Below the pieces are notes generated by a model. It was not told the DNA's origin. It made no database searches and saw only the letters and a program-made list of their open reading frames with translations. A stretch of 64,000 nucleotides of DNA, taken from assembly GCA_963707635.1 (NCBI GenBank), contig OY970173.1, positions 1,440,001 to 1,504,000 on the forward strand, written 5' to 3'. Source of the stretch: Candidatus Latescibacterota bacterium. Its GTDB lineage: Bacteria > Krumholzibacteriota > Krumholzibacteriia > WVZY01 > JAKEHA01. Position 1 is the stretch's first letter. Each line of letters starts with the position of its first letter. Made by a program: the position numbers and the translations under genes. Of this stretch, positions 1-10,639 are shown in pieces.

Positions 1-155
1 ACGGGTGGGGGCTGGTGCGCGCGTCGTCCAACCTGCCGGAGCTGGTGCTTCGCTTCGAGGCGAAGACGCCGGAGCGCCTTGCCGAGATCAAGCAGACGTT
101 TCGCCGTTACCTCGAGCGGTATCCGGAGATCGACCGGCACTGGGAGAACGAATGA
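1..155 (+). CDS. Phosphomannomutase/phosphoglucomutase family, C-terminal fragment (partial at window edge)
   Basis: Frame 3 reads GWGLVRASSNLPELVLRFEAKTPERLAEIK...WENE*, matching the PMM/PGM domain IV motif; TGA overlaps the next ATG (ATGA). Not in the ORF track. Confidence 0.85.
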   Translation, partial: GWGLVRASSNLPELVLRFEAKTPERLAEIKQTFRRYLERYPEIDRHWENE

Positions 156-1984
156 TGAGACTCACACACTTCGTGGTCGTGGCGGCCGTAGCGGTGGCGG
201 TGTCGTGGCCCGTGGCGGCGGCGGCGGAGAAGGCGAAGTCGCTCCCGGCCGGCTACCTCGCGCTCGATCAGTCGCAGGCGATTCTGGACAAGACGCTGCG
301 CGTGCACCTCGCGCCCGATATCACGCTCCTCACCGAACGGGAACGCCGCACCGTCGACCTGTTGATCGAAGTGGGTGCAATCGTGCAGCGATTGCACGAA
401 TCCATGAAGCACCGACAAGCGCTCGAGGCGCAGGACGAGCTGGTCGCCCTCGATCGCGAGCTCGGCTCGCCCGCCGCGACGCAGAACCTGCTCGTCCTCT
501 ATTACATGAGCGAGGGGCCCGTCGTGCGTATGCTCGACAACGTCCGCCGGCCGGTGCTGCCGGTGGACCCGCCCGCGCCCGGCGGGACCGTGTACCCGTG
601 GGGGGTGACGAAGGAGGAGATCGACGCCTTCCTCGCCGCCCATCCGGATGCGCGCGCGTCGATCCTGGCCCCGCGGACCGCGGTGCGTCGGGCGGACAAG
701 GCGTCGCTAAAGCGGGATCTCGCGACGTTGGACCGCTACCCCGTGCTCGGCGCGCTGCACGCGGGCCTCGAGGCCTCGCTCGAAGCGGCCGCGCGGAAGC
801 CCGACCCGAAGGCGTTCTACGCCGTTCCGTACTCGGTCGCGTTCGCGGACGAGCTGGTTTCGGTGCACGCGCTCCTCTCCCGCGCCGCCGAAACCATCGA
901 GCCCGAGGACGAGGATTTCGCGGCCTACCTGCGGAACCGCGCGCGCGATCTCTTGAGCGACGACTACGAGTCCGGCGACGCGTCCTGGGTGGCGGGACGG
1001 TTCCACACCCTCAACGCCCAGATCGGCTCTTACGAGACCTACGACGACGAGCTGTACGGATCCAAGACCTACTTCGGGTGCAACGTACTCATCGTCGATC
1101 GCGCGCGCAGCGACGCGCTGCGGACGGCCACCGCGGAGCTGCAGCGATTCGAGGACTCGCTCCCCTATGACGAGGGCAAGCCGCACAAGCGCGTGCGCAC
1201 GGACATCCCCGTCGGCGCCTACGACGTAGTCGCCGACTTCGGGCAGTCGCGGGGAACCAACACCGCGAGCATCCTGCCCAACGACGCCGGCATGGCGCGC
1301 AAGTATGGGCGCACGATTCTGCTGCGCCGCAATATCATGACCGACCCCGGACTGTTCGAAATCAGCCGCGGTGCGTACGTGGCCGCGGTGAGCGACGAAT
1401 TCGCGAACGACCTCACTGCCGACGCGGGCTTCCAACGCACCCTGTGGCACGAAGTAGGGCACTACCTGGGTGTGGCCCGCACGCGCGACGGTCGCGATCT
1501 GGATCTGGCGTTGGAGCAGGCGTCGGCTATCTACGAAGAGATGAAGGCCGACCTGGTGTCGCTCTATATCGCGCCCGAGCTGGAGCGGATGGGCTACTAC
1601 GACGCGGCGGCGCGGCGCTCCCTGTACGCGAGCGGCGTGCGCCGGGTGCTGCAGAAGAACCGGCCCGAGCGCGCGCAGGTGTATCAGACCATGCAGCTGA
1701 TGCAGTGGAACTACTTCCTTGCCAACGGCGCGCTGACCTTCGACGGCGCCGGCGGCCGCCTGGTCATCCACTACGATCGCTTTCCCGACGCGGTGGCGAA
1801 GATGCTGCGCGAGGTGCTCGAGATCCAGGCGGCGGGTGACCGTCCGGCGGCGGAAGCCTATATCACCAAGTGGACCGAGTGGCGCGACGACCTCCATGGA
1901 CGCGTCGCCGCCGCCATGCGCGCGGCGGAGAAGTACCGGTACGCGTACGTCACCTACGAGCTGGTCGACGGCCCGGCGGAATGA
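152..1984 (+). CDS. Exported dipeptidyl-peptidase III-like zinc peptidase (M49 family, HEXXH type)
   Basis: Signal peptide MMRLTHFVVVAAVAVAVSWPVAAAA; IGSYETYDDELYG, LPND, LWHEVGHYLG and EEMKAD motifs typical of bacterial/plant DPP III. Start moved from 5 to ATG 152. Confidence 0.8.
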   Translation: MMRLTHFVVVAAVAVAVSWPVAAAAEKAKSLPAGYLALDQSQAILDKTLRVHLAPDITLLTERERRTVDLLIEVGAIVQRLHESMKHRQALEAQDELVALDRELGSPAATQNLLVLYYMSEGPVVRMLDNVRRPVLPVDPPAPGGTVYPWGVTKEEIDAFLAAHPDARASILAPRTAVRRADKASLKRDLATLDRYPVLGALHAGLEASLEAAARKPDPKAFYAVPYSVAFADELVSVHALLSRAAETIEPEDEDFAAYLRNRARDLLSDDYESGDASWVAGRFHTLNAQIGSYETYDDELYGSKTYFGCNVLIVDRARSDALRTATAELQRFEDSLPYDEGKPHKRVRTDIPVGAYDVVADFGQSRGTNTASILPNDAGMARKYGRTILLRRNIMTDPGLFEISRGAYVAAVSDEFANDLTADAGFQRTLWHEVGHYLGVARTRDGRDLDLALEQASAIYEEMKADLVSLYIAPELERMGYYDAAARRSLYASGVRRVLQKNRPERAQVYQTMQLMQWNYFLANGALTFDGAGGRLVIHYDRFPDAVAKMLREVLEIQAAGDRPAAEAYITKWTEWRDDLHGRVAAAMRAAEKYRYAYVTYELVDGPAE

Positions 1985-2898
1985 CCGGCACCGCGTCACC
2001 GCCGGCCGCGCGCCGCGGCGAGCTCGAGATCGTCGCCGGGAGCGTGCTGATCAGCTTCTCGGCCGTGTTCGTGAAGCTGGCCCACGTGGGACCGACCGCG
2101 GCGGGCGTGTATCGTAACGCCTTCGGCGCGATGGCGCTGCTCGCGCTGGTGGCGCTGCGGCGCGACCGGCTGTGGAATGGGATGCGCCGGGCGCGCTGGG
2201 CGCTGGCGGCCGGCGCGTGCTTCACCGCCGACATCTACTTCTGGCATCGCTCCATCAACTACGTGGGCCCCGGTCTGGCGACGATCCTGGGAAACTTCCA
2301 GGTCTTCTTTCTCGCCGCCACCGGGATTCTCGTGTTCCATGAGCGCGCGACGCTACGGTTTCTGCTCGCCGTTCCCCTCGCCGTTGCCGGCCTGTTCCTG
2401 CTCGTCGGTCTCCACTGGGGCGATTTCGACGCCACCTACCGGCGCGGTGTGCTCTACGGGCTGCTCACCGCGGCGAGCTATGCCGCGTACCTGCTCTGCC
2501 TGCGGGCGGCGGGCCGCGAGCGCGACCGGGTATCCGCCGTGGCCAACATGGCGGGAGTGTCGATGGTGACGGCCGCGTTGCTCACCGCCATTGCGCTGGC
2601 ACAGCGCGAGAGCCTGCGCATCCCGGACGCGCGGACCCTCGCGGTGCTGGTCGCGTACGGGGTGCTCTGCCAGGCGATCGGGTGGATTATCATCTCGCGC
2701 CGCCTGCGCGAGGTCGACGCGTCCCGGGCGTCGCTCATCCTGTTGCTCCAGCCGTCGCTCACGCTGATCTGGGACATTCTCTTCTTCGGCCGGCCGACCG
2801 CGCCAATCGAGGCCGGCGGCGCCGCGCTCACGCTTGCCGCGATCTACCTGGGCAGTGCTCGTCCGCGCGCGAGCGCCTCCGCGGGAGGCCGCCCGTGA
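1981..2898 (+). CDS. DMT/EamA family transporter
   Basis: About 10 hydrophobic segments in two EamA-like halves; ATGA overlap with the upstream stop. Confidence 0.85.
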   Translation: MTGTASPPAARRGELEIVAGSVLISFSAVFVKLAHVGPTAAGVYRNAFGAMALLALVALRRDRLWNGMRRARWALAAGACFTADIYFWHRSINYVGPGLATILGNFQVFFLAATGILVFHERATLRFLLAVPLAVAGLFLLVGLHWGDFDATYRRGVLYGLLTAASYAAYLLCLRAAGRERDRVSAVANMAGVSMVTAALLTAIALAQRESLRIPDARTLAVLVAYGVLCQAIGWIIISRRLREVDASRASLILLLQPSLTLIWDILFFGRPTAPIEAGGAALTLAAIYLGSARPRASASAGGRP

Positions 2899-3331
2899 AC
2901 TGGCGGCTCCTGGGATCGCTGGCGCCGATCGGCCCGGTGATGGGCACGCTCATGGTGCTCGGGGTGCTTTCCGAAGGGGCGCGGACCGGTTCGTGTGGTT
3001 CGCGGTCGTGATCGGGACCGCGCTCCTGGTGGCGCGGCGCGTGCCCGCGCGTGCACTCCTGCACGGGGCCCTGGCGGGATTCTGGAACGGTGCCACCTCC
3101 ACGCTGGTACAGGCGCTCTTCCTGGAGACGCTGGTTGCCAACAACCCATGGTTCCCCGACGCGTTCGCAAAGCAGCCACCGGGATTCGACCTCGACTATT
3201 TCGTATTCATGACAGTGCCGTTCATCGGCGTCGCCGGGGGCGCGATGACGGGACTCCTCTCCATGCTGGCCGTGCGCATCTTCGCCGCGCGCGCGGCGGC
3301 TCGTTCCGGCGGCGGAGAAACGCGTTCTTGA
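2895..3331 (+). pseudogene. Small integral membrane protein, frameshifted near 2970-2982 (possibly a sequencing error)
   Basis: GTG at 2895 (GTGA overlap) gives MNWRLLGSLAPIGPVMGTLMVLG; the hydrophobic sequence continues in another frame (DRFVWFAVVIG...LAVRIF) to the stop at 3331. Confidence 0.55.
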
Positions 3332-3364
3332 CAATCCATCGCGCATGACCAACGCTCTGTCAGA

Positions 3365-4804
3365 ATGAAAAAACACGCCGAGCTCAACCTCCGACGGCGC
3401 ACGAAGATCGTGGGCACGCTCGGGCCCGCCAGCGATTCCCCCGCCATGATCGAGTCCCTCATCCAGGCGGGGCTCAACGTCGCGCGCATCAATACCTCGC
3501 ACGGCACGCTGGAATCGCACGCGCGCATGATCGCCAATGTTCGCGCGGTGGCGAAGAAGCTCGGCGTGTACGTGCCGGTGCTGCTCGACCTGTCCGGGCT
3601 GAAGATGCGCATCGGGACCATCGCGGCGGGGTCGGCGGTGCTGCGCGCCGGCGACCGCTTCGCGCTCACAACCCGCGCAGTCCCGGGGGACTGGAAGGCG
3701 GTGTCGATCAACTACCCGGCGCTGGTCAGCGACGTGTCTCCCGGCGACCGCATTCTGATGGGTGACGGTGAGATCGAACTGCGCGCGGTGTCGAAGACGG
3801 ACACCGACCTCGAGTGCGAGGTCGTGGTGGGCGGCGAGTTGAGGTCCAATAAGGGCGTCAACACGCCGGGGGTGAAGCTGCGGGAAACGGTGCCGACCGA
3901 GAAGGACCTGGGCAACGTCGCCTTCGGCATCAAGCACGGCGTGGATTTCTTCGCGCTCTCGTTCATTCGCAACGCCGAGGAAGTCCGGCGCCTGCGCTGG
4001 GTGTTGCGCGAGCAGGGCGCCGACATCGCGATCATCGCGAAGATCGAGAAGAAGGAAGCGCTCGACAACCTCCCGGACATCCTCGGCGCCTCGGACGCCG
4101 TGATGATCGCGCGCGGGGACCTGGGGCTGGAGCTGCCGATCGAACAGGTGCCCCTGATCCAGAAGGACGTGATCCGGGCCGCGCTGGAGGCGAGCAAGCC
4201 GGTCATCACGGCGACGCAGATGCTCGAGTCGATGATCCAGAACCCGCGGCCGACGCGTGCGGAAGCGGCGGACATCGCCAATGCGGTGTTCGACGGCACC
4301 GACGCGGTGATGCTCTCGGGAGAGACCGCGTCGGGCAAGTACCCGATCGAAGCGGTCCGCACCATGGCCGAGGTCGCGGAGGCGAGCGAGGCGCGCATCG
4401 ATTATGCGAAGCGATTCGCGGAGATCGCCCCTAACCCCGGGCGCACGATCCCGGAGGCGGTGGCGCACGCCGCGTGCCTGACCGCGATCGAGATCGGGGC
4501 GCGCGTGATTCTTTGTTGCACGCGCTCGGGCCAGACGGCGTTGTACGTCTCGAACCGGCGCGCGCCGACCAAGATCGCCGTCATCAGCCCCCACGAGCCG
4601 ACACTCAATCGCACGATGCTGTACTGGAACGCGGTGTCGGTGAAGATCCGCGGCGGCGGCGACACCGACGCCATGATCGGTGCCGCCAAGGACGCGGTGG
4701 TGGCGGCCGGCATCGCGCAGCCGGGCGACCGCGTGGTGGTGGTGGCGGGCGTTCCGGTCGACGTGCCGGGAACCACCAACATGATCAAGGCCGACGTCTT
4801 GTAG
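3365..4804 (+). CDS. pyk: Pyruvate kinase
   Basis: RRTKIVGTLGPAS, IIAKIEK, MIARGDLG, ATQMLESM, DAVMLSGETA motifs. Confidence 0.97.
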   Translation: MKKHAELNLRRRTKIVGTLGPASDSPAMIESLIQAGLNVARINTSHGTLESHARMIANVRAVAKKLGVYVPVLLDLSGLKMRIGTIAAGSAVLRAGDRFALTTRAVPGDWKAVSINYPALVSDVSPGDRILMGDGEIELRAVSKTDTDLECEVVVGGELRSNKGVNTPGVKLRETVPTEKDLGNVAFGIKHGVDFFALSFIRNAEEVRRLRWVLREQGADIAIIAKIEKKEALDNLPDILGASDAVMIARGDLGLELPIEQVPLIQKDVIRAALEASKPVITATQMLESMIQNPRPTRAEAADIANAVFDGTDAVMLSGETASGKYPIEAVRTMAEVAEASEARIDYAKRFAEIAPNPGRTIPEAVAHAACLTAIEIGARVILCCTRSGQTALYVSNRRAPTKIAVISPHEPTLNRTMLYWNAVSVKIRGGGDTDAMIGAAKDAVVAAGIAQPGDRVVVVAGVPVDVPGTTNMIKADVL

Positions 4805-4878
4805 ACGAGGAATCGAGAAGCACGAGCGGGTGGCGCCACCGGGCTGTCGGCGACAGGACCCGCGTAGTTATACGGGCA

Positions 4879-6315
4879 ATGCTGAAGGATCGATACCCCT
4901 ACTATCTCGCCAATCGCGCCGTCCAGGCCAACGCCGACCTGCCGGTGAGCGACAAGTACCGCGGCGAGGTCGCGACCCGCGTGGCACTCGCGGACGACCG
5001 GGTCTACGACGAGGCGATCGGACTCGCGGTCGCGGCGGCCCCGGCGATGCGCGCGCTGGCCGCGTTCGAACGGCGCGACGCGCTCCTGCACTGCGTGCGC
5101 CGGTTCGGCGAGCGGCGCGACGAGCTCGCGGAAGTGCTGTGCGTCGAGGCGGGGAAGCCCATCACCGACAGCCGCGGCGAGGTCGGGCGCCTGATCGACA
5201 CCTTCCAGGTCGCGGCCGAGGAGGCGACCCGCCTCACCGGCGAAGTGATGCCGCTCGACATCTCGCCGCGCTCGCGCGACTACAGCGGCATGTGGAAGCG
5301 CGTCCCGGTCGGTGTGTGCGCATTCATCACGCCGTTCAACTTTCCGCTGAACCTGGTCGCGCACAAGGTGGCACCGGCGCTCGCGGTGGGCTGCCCGTTC
5401 GTGCTCAAGCCGGCCAGCACCACGCCCGTGGGCGCGTTGCTGGTGGGAGAGATCCTGGCCGAGACGGCGCTGCCCGCGGGCGCGTTCTCGATCCTGCCCG
5501 CGCGCGGGGCGGACGCGGAACGTCTCGCCACCGACGAGCGTATCCGCTTCTTGAGCTTCACCGGTTCCCCTTCGGTCGGGTGGGCGCTGAAGGCGCGCGC
5601 CGGGCGCAAGAAGGTGACCCTCGAGCTCGGTGGCAACGCCGCCGTGATCGTCGACGCGGACGCGGACCTCGACGACGCGGTGGCGCGTATTGTCTTTGGA
5701 GCGTTCTACCAGTCGGGGCAGAGCTGCATCGGCGTGCAGCGCGTCATCGTACACGAGTCGATCTACGACGCGTTCAGGTCGAAGCTCGTTACCGCCACCG
5801 CGGCCCTCAAGATGGGCGACCCGCGGCGCGAGCACACGTTCATCGGCCCGATGATCTCCGAAGAGGAAGCGCGCCGGCTGGCGGGGTGGATCGACGCGGC
5901 CCGCACCCGCGGCGCGCGGGTGCTGACCGGCGGCAGGCGCGACGGGGCGCTGCTGGAGGCGACGTTGCTCGAGAACGTCCCCCGCGACGCCGACCTGTGC
6001 GCGAAGGAAGCGTTCGGCCCCGTGGCGGTATTGTCGACGTTTCGGGACTTCGACGCGGCCCTCGACGAGGTCAACGACAGCGTCTACGGGTTGCAGGCGG
6101 GGGTGTTTACGCGCGACATATACCGGGCCCACCGCGCGTGGGACCGGCTGGAAGTGGGAGCGGTGATCGTCGGCGACGTGCCGTCGTGGCGCGTCGACCA
6201 CATGCCCTACGGAGGGGTCAAGGAGAGCGGGCAGGGGCGCGAGGGAGTACGGTTCGCCATGGAAGAAATGACGGAGATCCGCATGTTCGTGCTGCGGACC
6301 CCGCCCGCGCGCTGA
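4879..6315 (+). CDS. Aldehyde dehydrogenase family protein
   Basis: ITPFNFP, FTGS, LELGGN, GQSCI (catalytic Cys), EAFGP, PYGGVKESG; start at ATG 4879 (MLKDRYP). Confidence 0.93.
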   Translation: MLKDRYPYYLANRAVQANADLPVSDKYRGEVATRVALADDRVYDEAIGLAVAAAPAMRALAAFERRDALLHCVRRFGERRDELAEVLCVEAGKPITDSRGEVGRLIDTFQVAAEEATRLTGEVMPLDISPRSRDYSGMWKRVPVGVCAFITPFNFPLNLVAHKVAPALAVGCPFVLKPASTTPVGALLVGEILAETALPAGAFSILPARGADAERLATDERIRFLSFTGSPSVGWALKARAGRKKVTLELGGNAAVIVDADADLDDAVARIVFGAFYQSGQSCIGVQRVIVHESIYDAFRSKLVTATAALKMGDPRREHTFIGPMISEEEARRLAGWIDAARTRGARVLTGGRRDGALLEATLLENVPRDADLCAKEAFGPVAVLSTFRDFDAALDEVNDSVYGLQAGVFTRDIYRAHRAWDRLEVGAVIVGDVPSWRVDHMPYGGVKESGQGREGVRFAMEEMTEIRMFVLRTPPAR

Positions 6316-6353
6316 TATCGTACCAAAGAACTCGAGAAGGAGCGGAAACAGCG

Positions 6354-8072
6354 ATGAAATGGATAACGGCGGCTTGCGTGTTGGCACTGTTCACGGGCGT
6401 GGCCATGGCGGTATCGGCGGACAAGGACTTCGAGTCGCTTGCAAACGCGTATGTAGCGCAACTGCTCGCGATCAACCCCGAGCTCGCCACGACGCTGGGG
6501 AACCATCAGTACGACGGGCGGCTGACCGACCGTTCGGCCGCGGGCGTGGCCGCGCAAGCGACGCTGGCGAAGGAGTACCTGTCCAAACTCGGCGCCATCG
6601 ATGCCTCGAAGTTGAGCGAGGTCAACGCGATCGATTGCGACATCCTGCGGCTCAACCTCGAGCGCACGGTGTTCGAAGTGGACGATCTGCGCGAGCACGA
6701 GTGGAATCCGCTCTTCTATAACATGGGAGGAGCGATCTACGCGCTGGTCGCGCGCGACTTCGCTCCCATCGACAAGCGCCTGAAGAGCGTCGAGGAGCGC
6801 CTGCAGGGCATACCGGCGGTGGTGGCGGCAGCGAAGGCGAATCTCAAGCAGCCGCCCGAGATGCACACGCGCACCGCGATGTTGCAGAACCAGGGCAACA
6901 TCGCGCTGATTCGCGACGACCTGTCGCAATTCGTGGCGCAGGCGCCGGACATGGAGAAGGAGCTGGCGCCCGCGCGCGCGGCCGCCGTGGCCGCGCTCGA
7001 GGAGTACGGCACCTGGCTGGAGAAGGACCTGCTGCCGCGCTCGACCGGCGACTTCCGGCTCGGCGACGCGATGTGGCGTAAGAAGCTCCGCTTTTCGCTC
7101 GACTCCGACCTCTCCAAGGAGGAGATCTACGCGCGCGCCACCGCGGACCTCAAGGCCACACAGCAGGCGATGTACGCGACCGCGCTGCCGCTCTTCAAGA
7201 AGTTCCACCCCGAGATCACGGACCCGGCGGTGCTCGCCGACGTCAAGCACATCAACCGCGCGGTGCTCGACAAGCTGGCCGAATCGCGGCCCAGCAACGA
7301 GACCATCGTCGACGAGGCCAAGGCCACGCTGGACGCGGCGACCAAATTCACGCGCGAGCACAAGCTCATCACGGTTCCGAACGAACCCGTCAAGATCATC
7401 GTGATGCCGGAGTTCCAGCGCGGCGTTGCCATCGCGTACTGCGAGAGCCCCGGCCCGCTCGAGCCGAACGGGGAGACCTTCTACTCGATCGCGCCCACGC
7501 CGAAGGACTGGACGTCAGAGCGCGCCGAGTCGTTCTTCAAGGAGTACAACGACTACATGCTCTGCGACCTCACCGTGCACGAGGCGATGCCCGGGCACTA
7601 CCTCCAGGGTGCGCATTCGAACCAGTTTCGCGCGCCGACTTTGGTGCGCGCGATCTTCTCCAGCGGCTCGTTCGCGGAAGGGTGGGCCGTGTACACCGAG
7701 AAGGTGATGGCGGAAGCGGGCTTCGGCGGTCCGGAGGTCCGGATGCAACAGCTCAAGATGCGGTTGCGCGTGATCATCAATGCTATCATCGACCAGAAGA
7801 TCCACACCGAAGGCATGAGCGAAGCCGACGCGATGGCGATCATGAAGAACGAGGGCTTCCAGGAAGACGGGGAGGCCGCCGGCAAGTGGCGCCGCGCGTG
7901 TCTCACCTCGACGCAGCTCTCGACCTACTTCGTCGGCAGCGCCGAGGTCGAAGGGATGCGAACCGCGTACGAGGCGAAGAACAAGAACGTGAACCTGATG
8001 AAGATGCACGACACCATGCTCTCCTTCGGGACGCCGTCGCCGAAGTACGTGCGCCGCATGATGGGGCTGTAG
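6354..8072 (+). CDS. DUF885 family exported protein
   Basis: AGGAG RBS, signal peptide MKWITAACVLALFTGVAMA, HEAMPGHYLQ and FAEGWAVYTE motifs. Confidence 0.9.
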   Translation: MKWITAACVLALFTGVAMAVSADKDFESLANAYVAQLLAINPELATTLGNHQYDGRLTDRSAAGVAAQATLAKEYLSKLGAIDASKLSEVNAIDCDILRLNLERTVFEVDDLREHEWNPLFYNMGGAIYALVARDFAPIDKRLKSVEERLQGIPAVVAAAKANLKQPPEMHTRTAMLQNQGNIALIRDDLSQFVAQAPDMEKELAPARAAAVAALEEYGTWLEKDLLPRSTGDFRLGDAMWRKKLRFSLDSDLSKEEIYARATADLKATQQAMYATALPLFKKFHPEITDPAVLADVKHINRAVLDKLAESRPSNETIVDEAKATLDAATKFTREHKLITVPNEPVKIIVMPEFQRGVAIAYCESPGPLEPNGETFYSIAPTPKDWTSERAESFFKEYNDYMLCDLTVHEAMPGHYLQGAHSNQFRAPTLVRAIFSSGSFAEGWAVYTEKVMAEAGFGGPEVRMQQLKMRLRVIINAIIDQKIHTEGMSEADAMAIMKNEGFQEDGEAAGKWRRACLTSTQLSTYFVGSAEVEGMRTAYEAKNKNVNLMKMHDTMLSFGTPSPKYVRRMMGL

Positions 8073-8122
8073 GGAGTGCGTTTTTTTTGGAAGGGCCCGC
8101 TACGCACAGCAGAGTGCGCGCA

Positions 8123-10042
8123 ATGAGCATCGTTTTGAGGTTCGTGCGAACGATCGGCGTACTGATCATTACTCTTGTGCTTGCGGAGCACGCGCATGCA
8201 GGGCCTCCGCTCGCGCTAATCTTCACGCCTGGCAACCAACTCGCCCACCACGAGTCCTACTGGTTGGCTCCATACACCCTGTACACGATGCTGGAGGTCG
8301 GTTCCTCCCGTGAGACACGCGTTCAATGGTTCACCGCCGACGGCAGGTTGAAGCATGAGGTTCGAAACGCTGATGTCGACAACCCGGGGTTCGTCAGACG
8401 ACAGGACACCAGAGGCGAAACCTTCACGTCGGTCGCGAATCCGCATTGGGAGGTCTTTCTGCCTGCACGCAGGGACTGGGAGGGCCCGAGCGGATTCATC
8501 GCGTGGTCGCCGGATGGCAGAGTATTCATACATTCGAGTCGCGTGGGTGAAGCGTACGACGAATGGCCGCGCATCCCGACGACGATCGAGATGTTCATCG
8601 AAGGGAAACGGAAGACGCTCGGACCCTACACTGGCGCGCCGCGCGCGATTCAGCTCGATCCCAGTGGCGCCCTGGCCGTCCATTTCTTGGACGGACGACT
8701 GGTCCTCGTCGATCGGAGCGGGCGCGAGAGGTTTCAAACGACAGCGCCAGTGACTCCGGGCACGCGGCTGTTGGGCTGCAACGACTACGGTGTCCTGGTG
8801 GGAGATATGGACGACACGAGCCCAATTGAGTATTACGGCGTCGAAGGCGGTCGGACCTCCTTCAGAAAGCCAGGCGGGTACCCTGCCGTCTGGATCGGAC
8901 GTGATCGGGTACTCTTTGACAGCGCGCCCGACAGTTTGCTCCTTGTCGACTGCGCCAAGGGTGGAGTGATCTGGCGAAGGCATCATGACGGTGAGAGAAT
9001 TGTTTCAGGATCGCAAGCATACGCTGTCGTCGAGCCGTATCTGATCACAGCGGCAGCCGAGCTGCGCCCGTCGTCGGATGCCGAGTGGCCCGCGCTTTGG
9101 CTTCGCGCGCTCGAGCTTGAGACCGGTAAGCTCGTGGCGACCTGGGCGGGTAACCAGACTCGCGGCGCCCAGCCGCGCTTCTTCGAGAACGATGGGAGGG
9201 TCCTGTTCTTGGATGGTTCACGGCTCTCCAATGTCGACCCGGACGACATTCGGGAAAGCCGACAAGGATGGAGTTCTAGTCGGCCACCGGAACCTGCACC
9301 ACCCCTCTTCGAAGAGGGCCCTGCGGCGAGTCCGCTGTCGTGGGAGCCGATCCAGCCGCGCAAGCAAGCGACCGCGATGCTGTTCACGCCGCGGCAGCGG
9401 ATCGCGAACGTCGACCCCCTTCCTACTTCTGTGAACCTTGTGGACTTTCGCGATTCCCGGCCTTACGGCGAGAAGGAGCGACGCGATGTCTGGCTAGCCC
9501 GCTATGATTCGGTGCGCGTGCAAATCGACAGCACTCGTATTGCTATAGTGGAACACCTTTCGGCGGCATTCGACGCCACGACTGGTGATCTCGTGTGCGT
9601 CTTCACGGATCCGGCCCCCCGATGGATCCGTTCCAAGCAAGAGCCCGTCGACGCCGAGGCACGCGTCAGGGAATCACGCCACAGCGAGCTCGCGCCGGCT
9701 GAGTACTCCAGCTTGCAGTCGACCCCTGTGGACATCGTCGGTGCGCTGCTGGGCTCGCGCTACGTCGAGCTGAGTACTGTGGGGCAGATCGTGCTGCGAC
9801 CGCGTTTCGTCACTGCGCAGTTCCCGGCGCGTCGGTTCGAGGGCAAGCTCATTCCGATCATCCCACCGTCCAACATGTGGATCGTCGAGGTGCTGGGATT
9901 CAAGGCGGATCAAGTAGTGGGTGATCGTCCCGAGGTTGAGTGCATCCCGATCGCCGGCATCCCAAGTGATCGTCACGTTCCCGCCATTGTCATCGGGGAC
10001 GTCCGCAACCGACGTGATGGTCGGTTCTGGCCTGCCCCATGA
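8123..10042 (+). CDS. Hypothetical exported protein, possible beta-propeller; 3' end overlaps an antisense remnant
   Basis: Signal-like MSIVLRFVRTIGVLIITLVLAEHAHAG; WSPDGR and ALELETGKLVATW propeller-like motifs; codon usage differs from neighbours. Confidence 0.55.
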   Translation: MSIVLRFVRTIGVLIITLVLAEHAHAGPPLALIFTPGNQLAHHESYWLAPYTLYTMLEVGSSRETRVQWFTADGRLKHEVRNADVDNPGFVRRQDTRGETFTSVANPHWEVFLPARRDWEGPSGFIAWSPDGRVFIHSSRVGEAYDEWPRIPTTIEMFIEGKRKTLGPYTGAPRAIQLDPSGALAVHFLDGRLVLVDRSGRERFQTTAPVTPGTRLLGCNDYGVLVGDMDDTSPIEYYGVEGGRTSFRKPGGYPAVWIGRDRVLFDSAPDSLLLVDCAKGGVIWRRHHDGERIVSGSQAYAVVEPYLITAAAELRPSSDAEWPALWLRALELETGKLVATWAGNQTRGAQPRFFENDGRVLFLDGSRLSNVDPDDIRESRQGWSSSRPPEPAPPLFEEGPAASPLSWEPIQPRKQATAMLFTPRQRIANVDPLPTSVNLVDFRDSRPYGEKERRDVWLARYDSVRVQIDSTRIAIVEHLSAAFDATTGDLVCVFTDPAPRWIRSKQEPVDAEARVRESRHSELAPAEYSSLQSTPVDIVGALLGSRYVELSTVGQIVLRPRFVTAQFPARRFEGKLIPIIPPSNMWIVEVLGFKADQVVGDRPEVECIPIAGIPSDRHVPAIVIGDVRNRRDGRFWPAP

Positions 10043-10614
10043 CCCATACCGACTCTCCACCCGCTGAGCGTAGTACCCGCCGCCCGTCGATATCGTACGT
10101 GAAGATGCCCGCTGGTTGCCGTGAGACGATCGTGGGGTAAAGTTGGTTCGCTGCTGTGCAAACGGCAACACCGCCGGCAACCCAGACCGGATCCCCGGAA
10201 GCATTCAGCCGCTGCGCATACACATCCCGTACCGCCAGGTGATGATGGCTCCGCTCCCCCGTCCGAGACAAGCTCAGGGTCGAAGCCACCCTGCGTCGTG
10301 ACGGCGACGCCGTTGGGCGTCCACAGGGGCACTCCGGACATGTTCACCCGCTGCGCATACACGCTGCGAATGCCGCCGCGTCCGTCCTCCCAGGTGATGA
10401 TGGCGCCGTGGGCGCCGTCCCGAATGATCTCGGGCGACAGGTCATACTGGGCGGTGGAAAGGGAGACACCACCGCCGGTGCACAATGGAACCCCGGACTC
10501 GTCCAAACGCTGCACGAAAATGCCATAGTTAAAGTCCCCCGCTCGGCTGTCCGTCCAGGTAACGATGGATCCAAGGCCGTCCGACGTGACTTGCGGGGAA
10601 GCGGGGCCGGGCAC
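9912..10614 (-). pseudogene. Decayed fragment of an 'SDGxGGAIITWxDxR...YAQR' repeat surface protein
   Basis: Repeats (SDGLGSIVTWTDSR..FVQRL, DGAHGAIITWEDGR..YAQRV, DVYAQRL, YYAQRV) and VADVPDDNGGNVTITW are spread over three frames; no signal peptide or C-terminal domain. Confidence 0.65.
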
Positions 10615-10639
10615 GTGTCCCGGTAGCGGCGGCTAAGCA

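Noticed and set aside
8079..8090. Terminator at the T8 tract after DUF885
   Set aside because: No convincing GC stem immediately before the T run.
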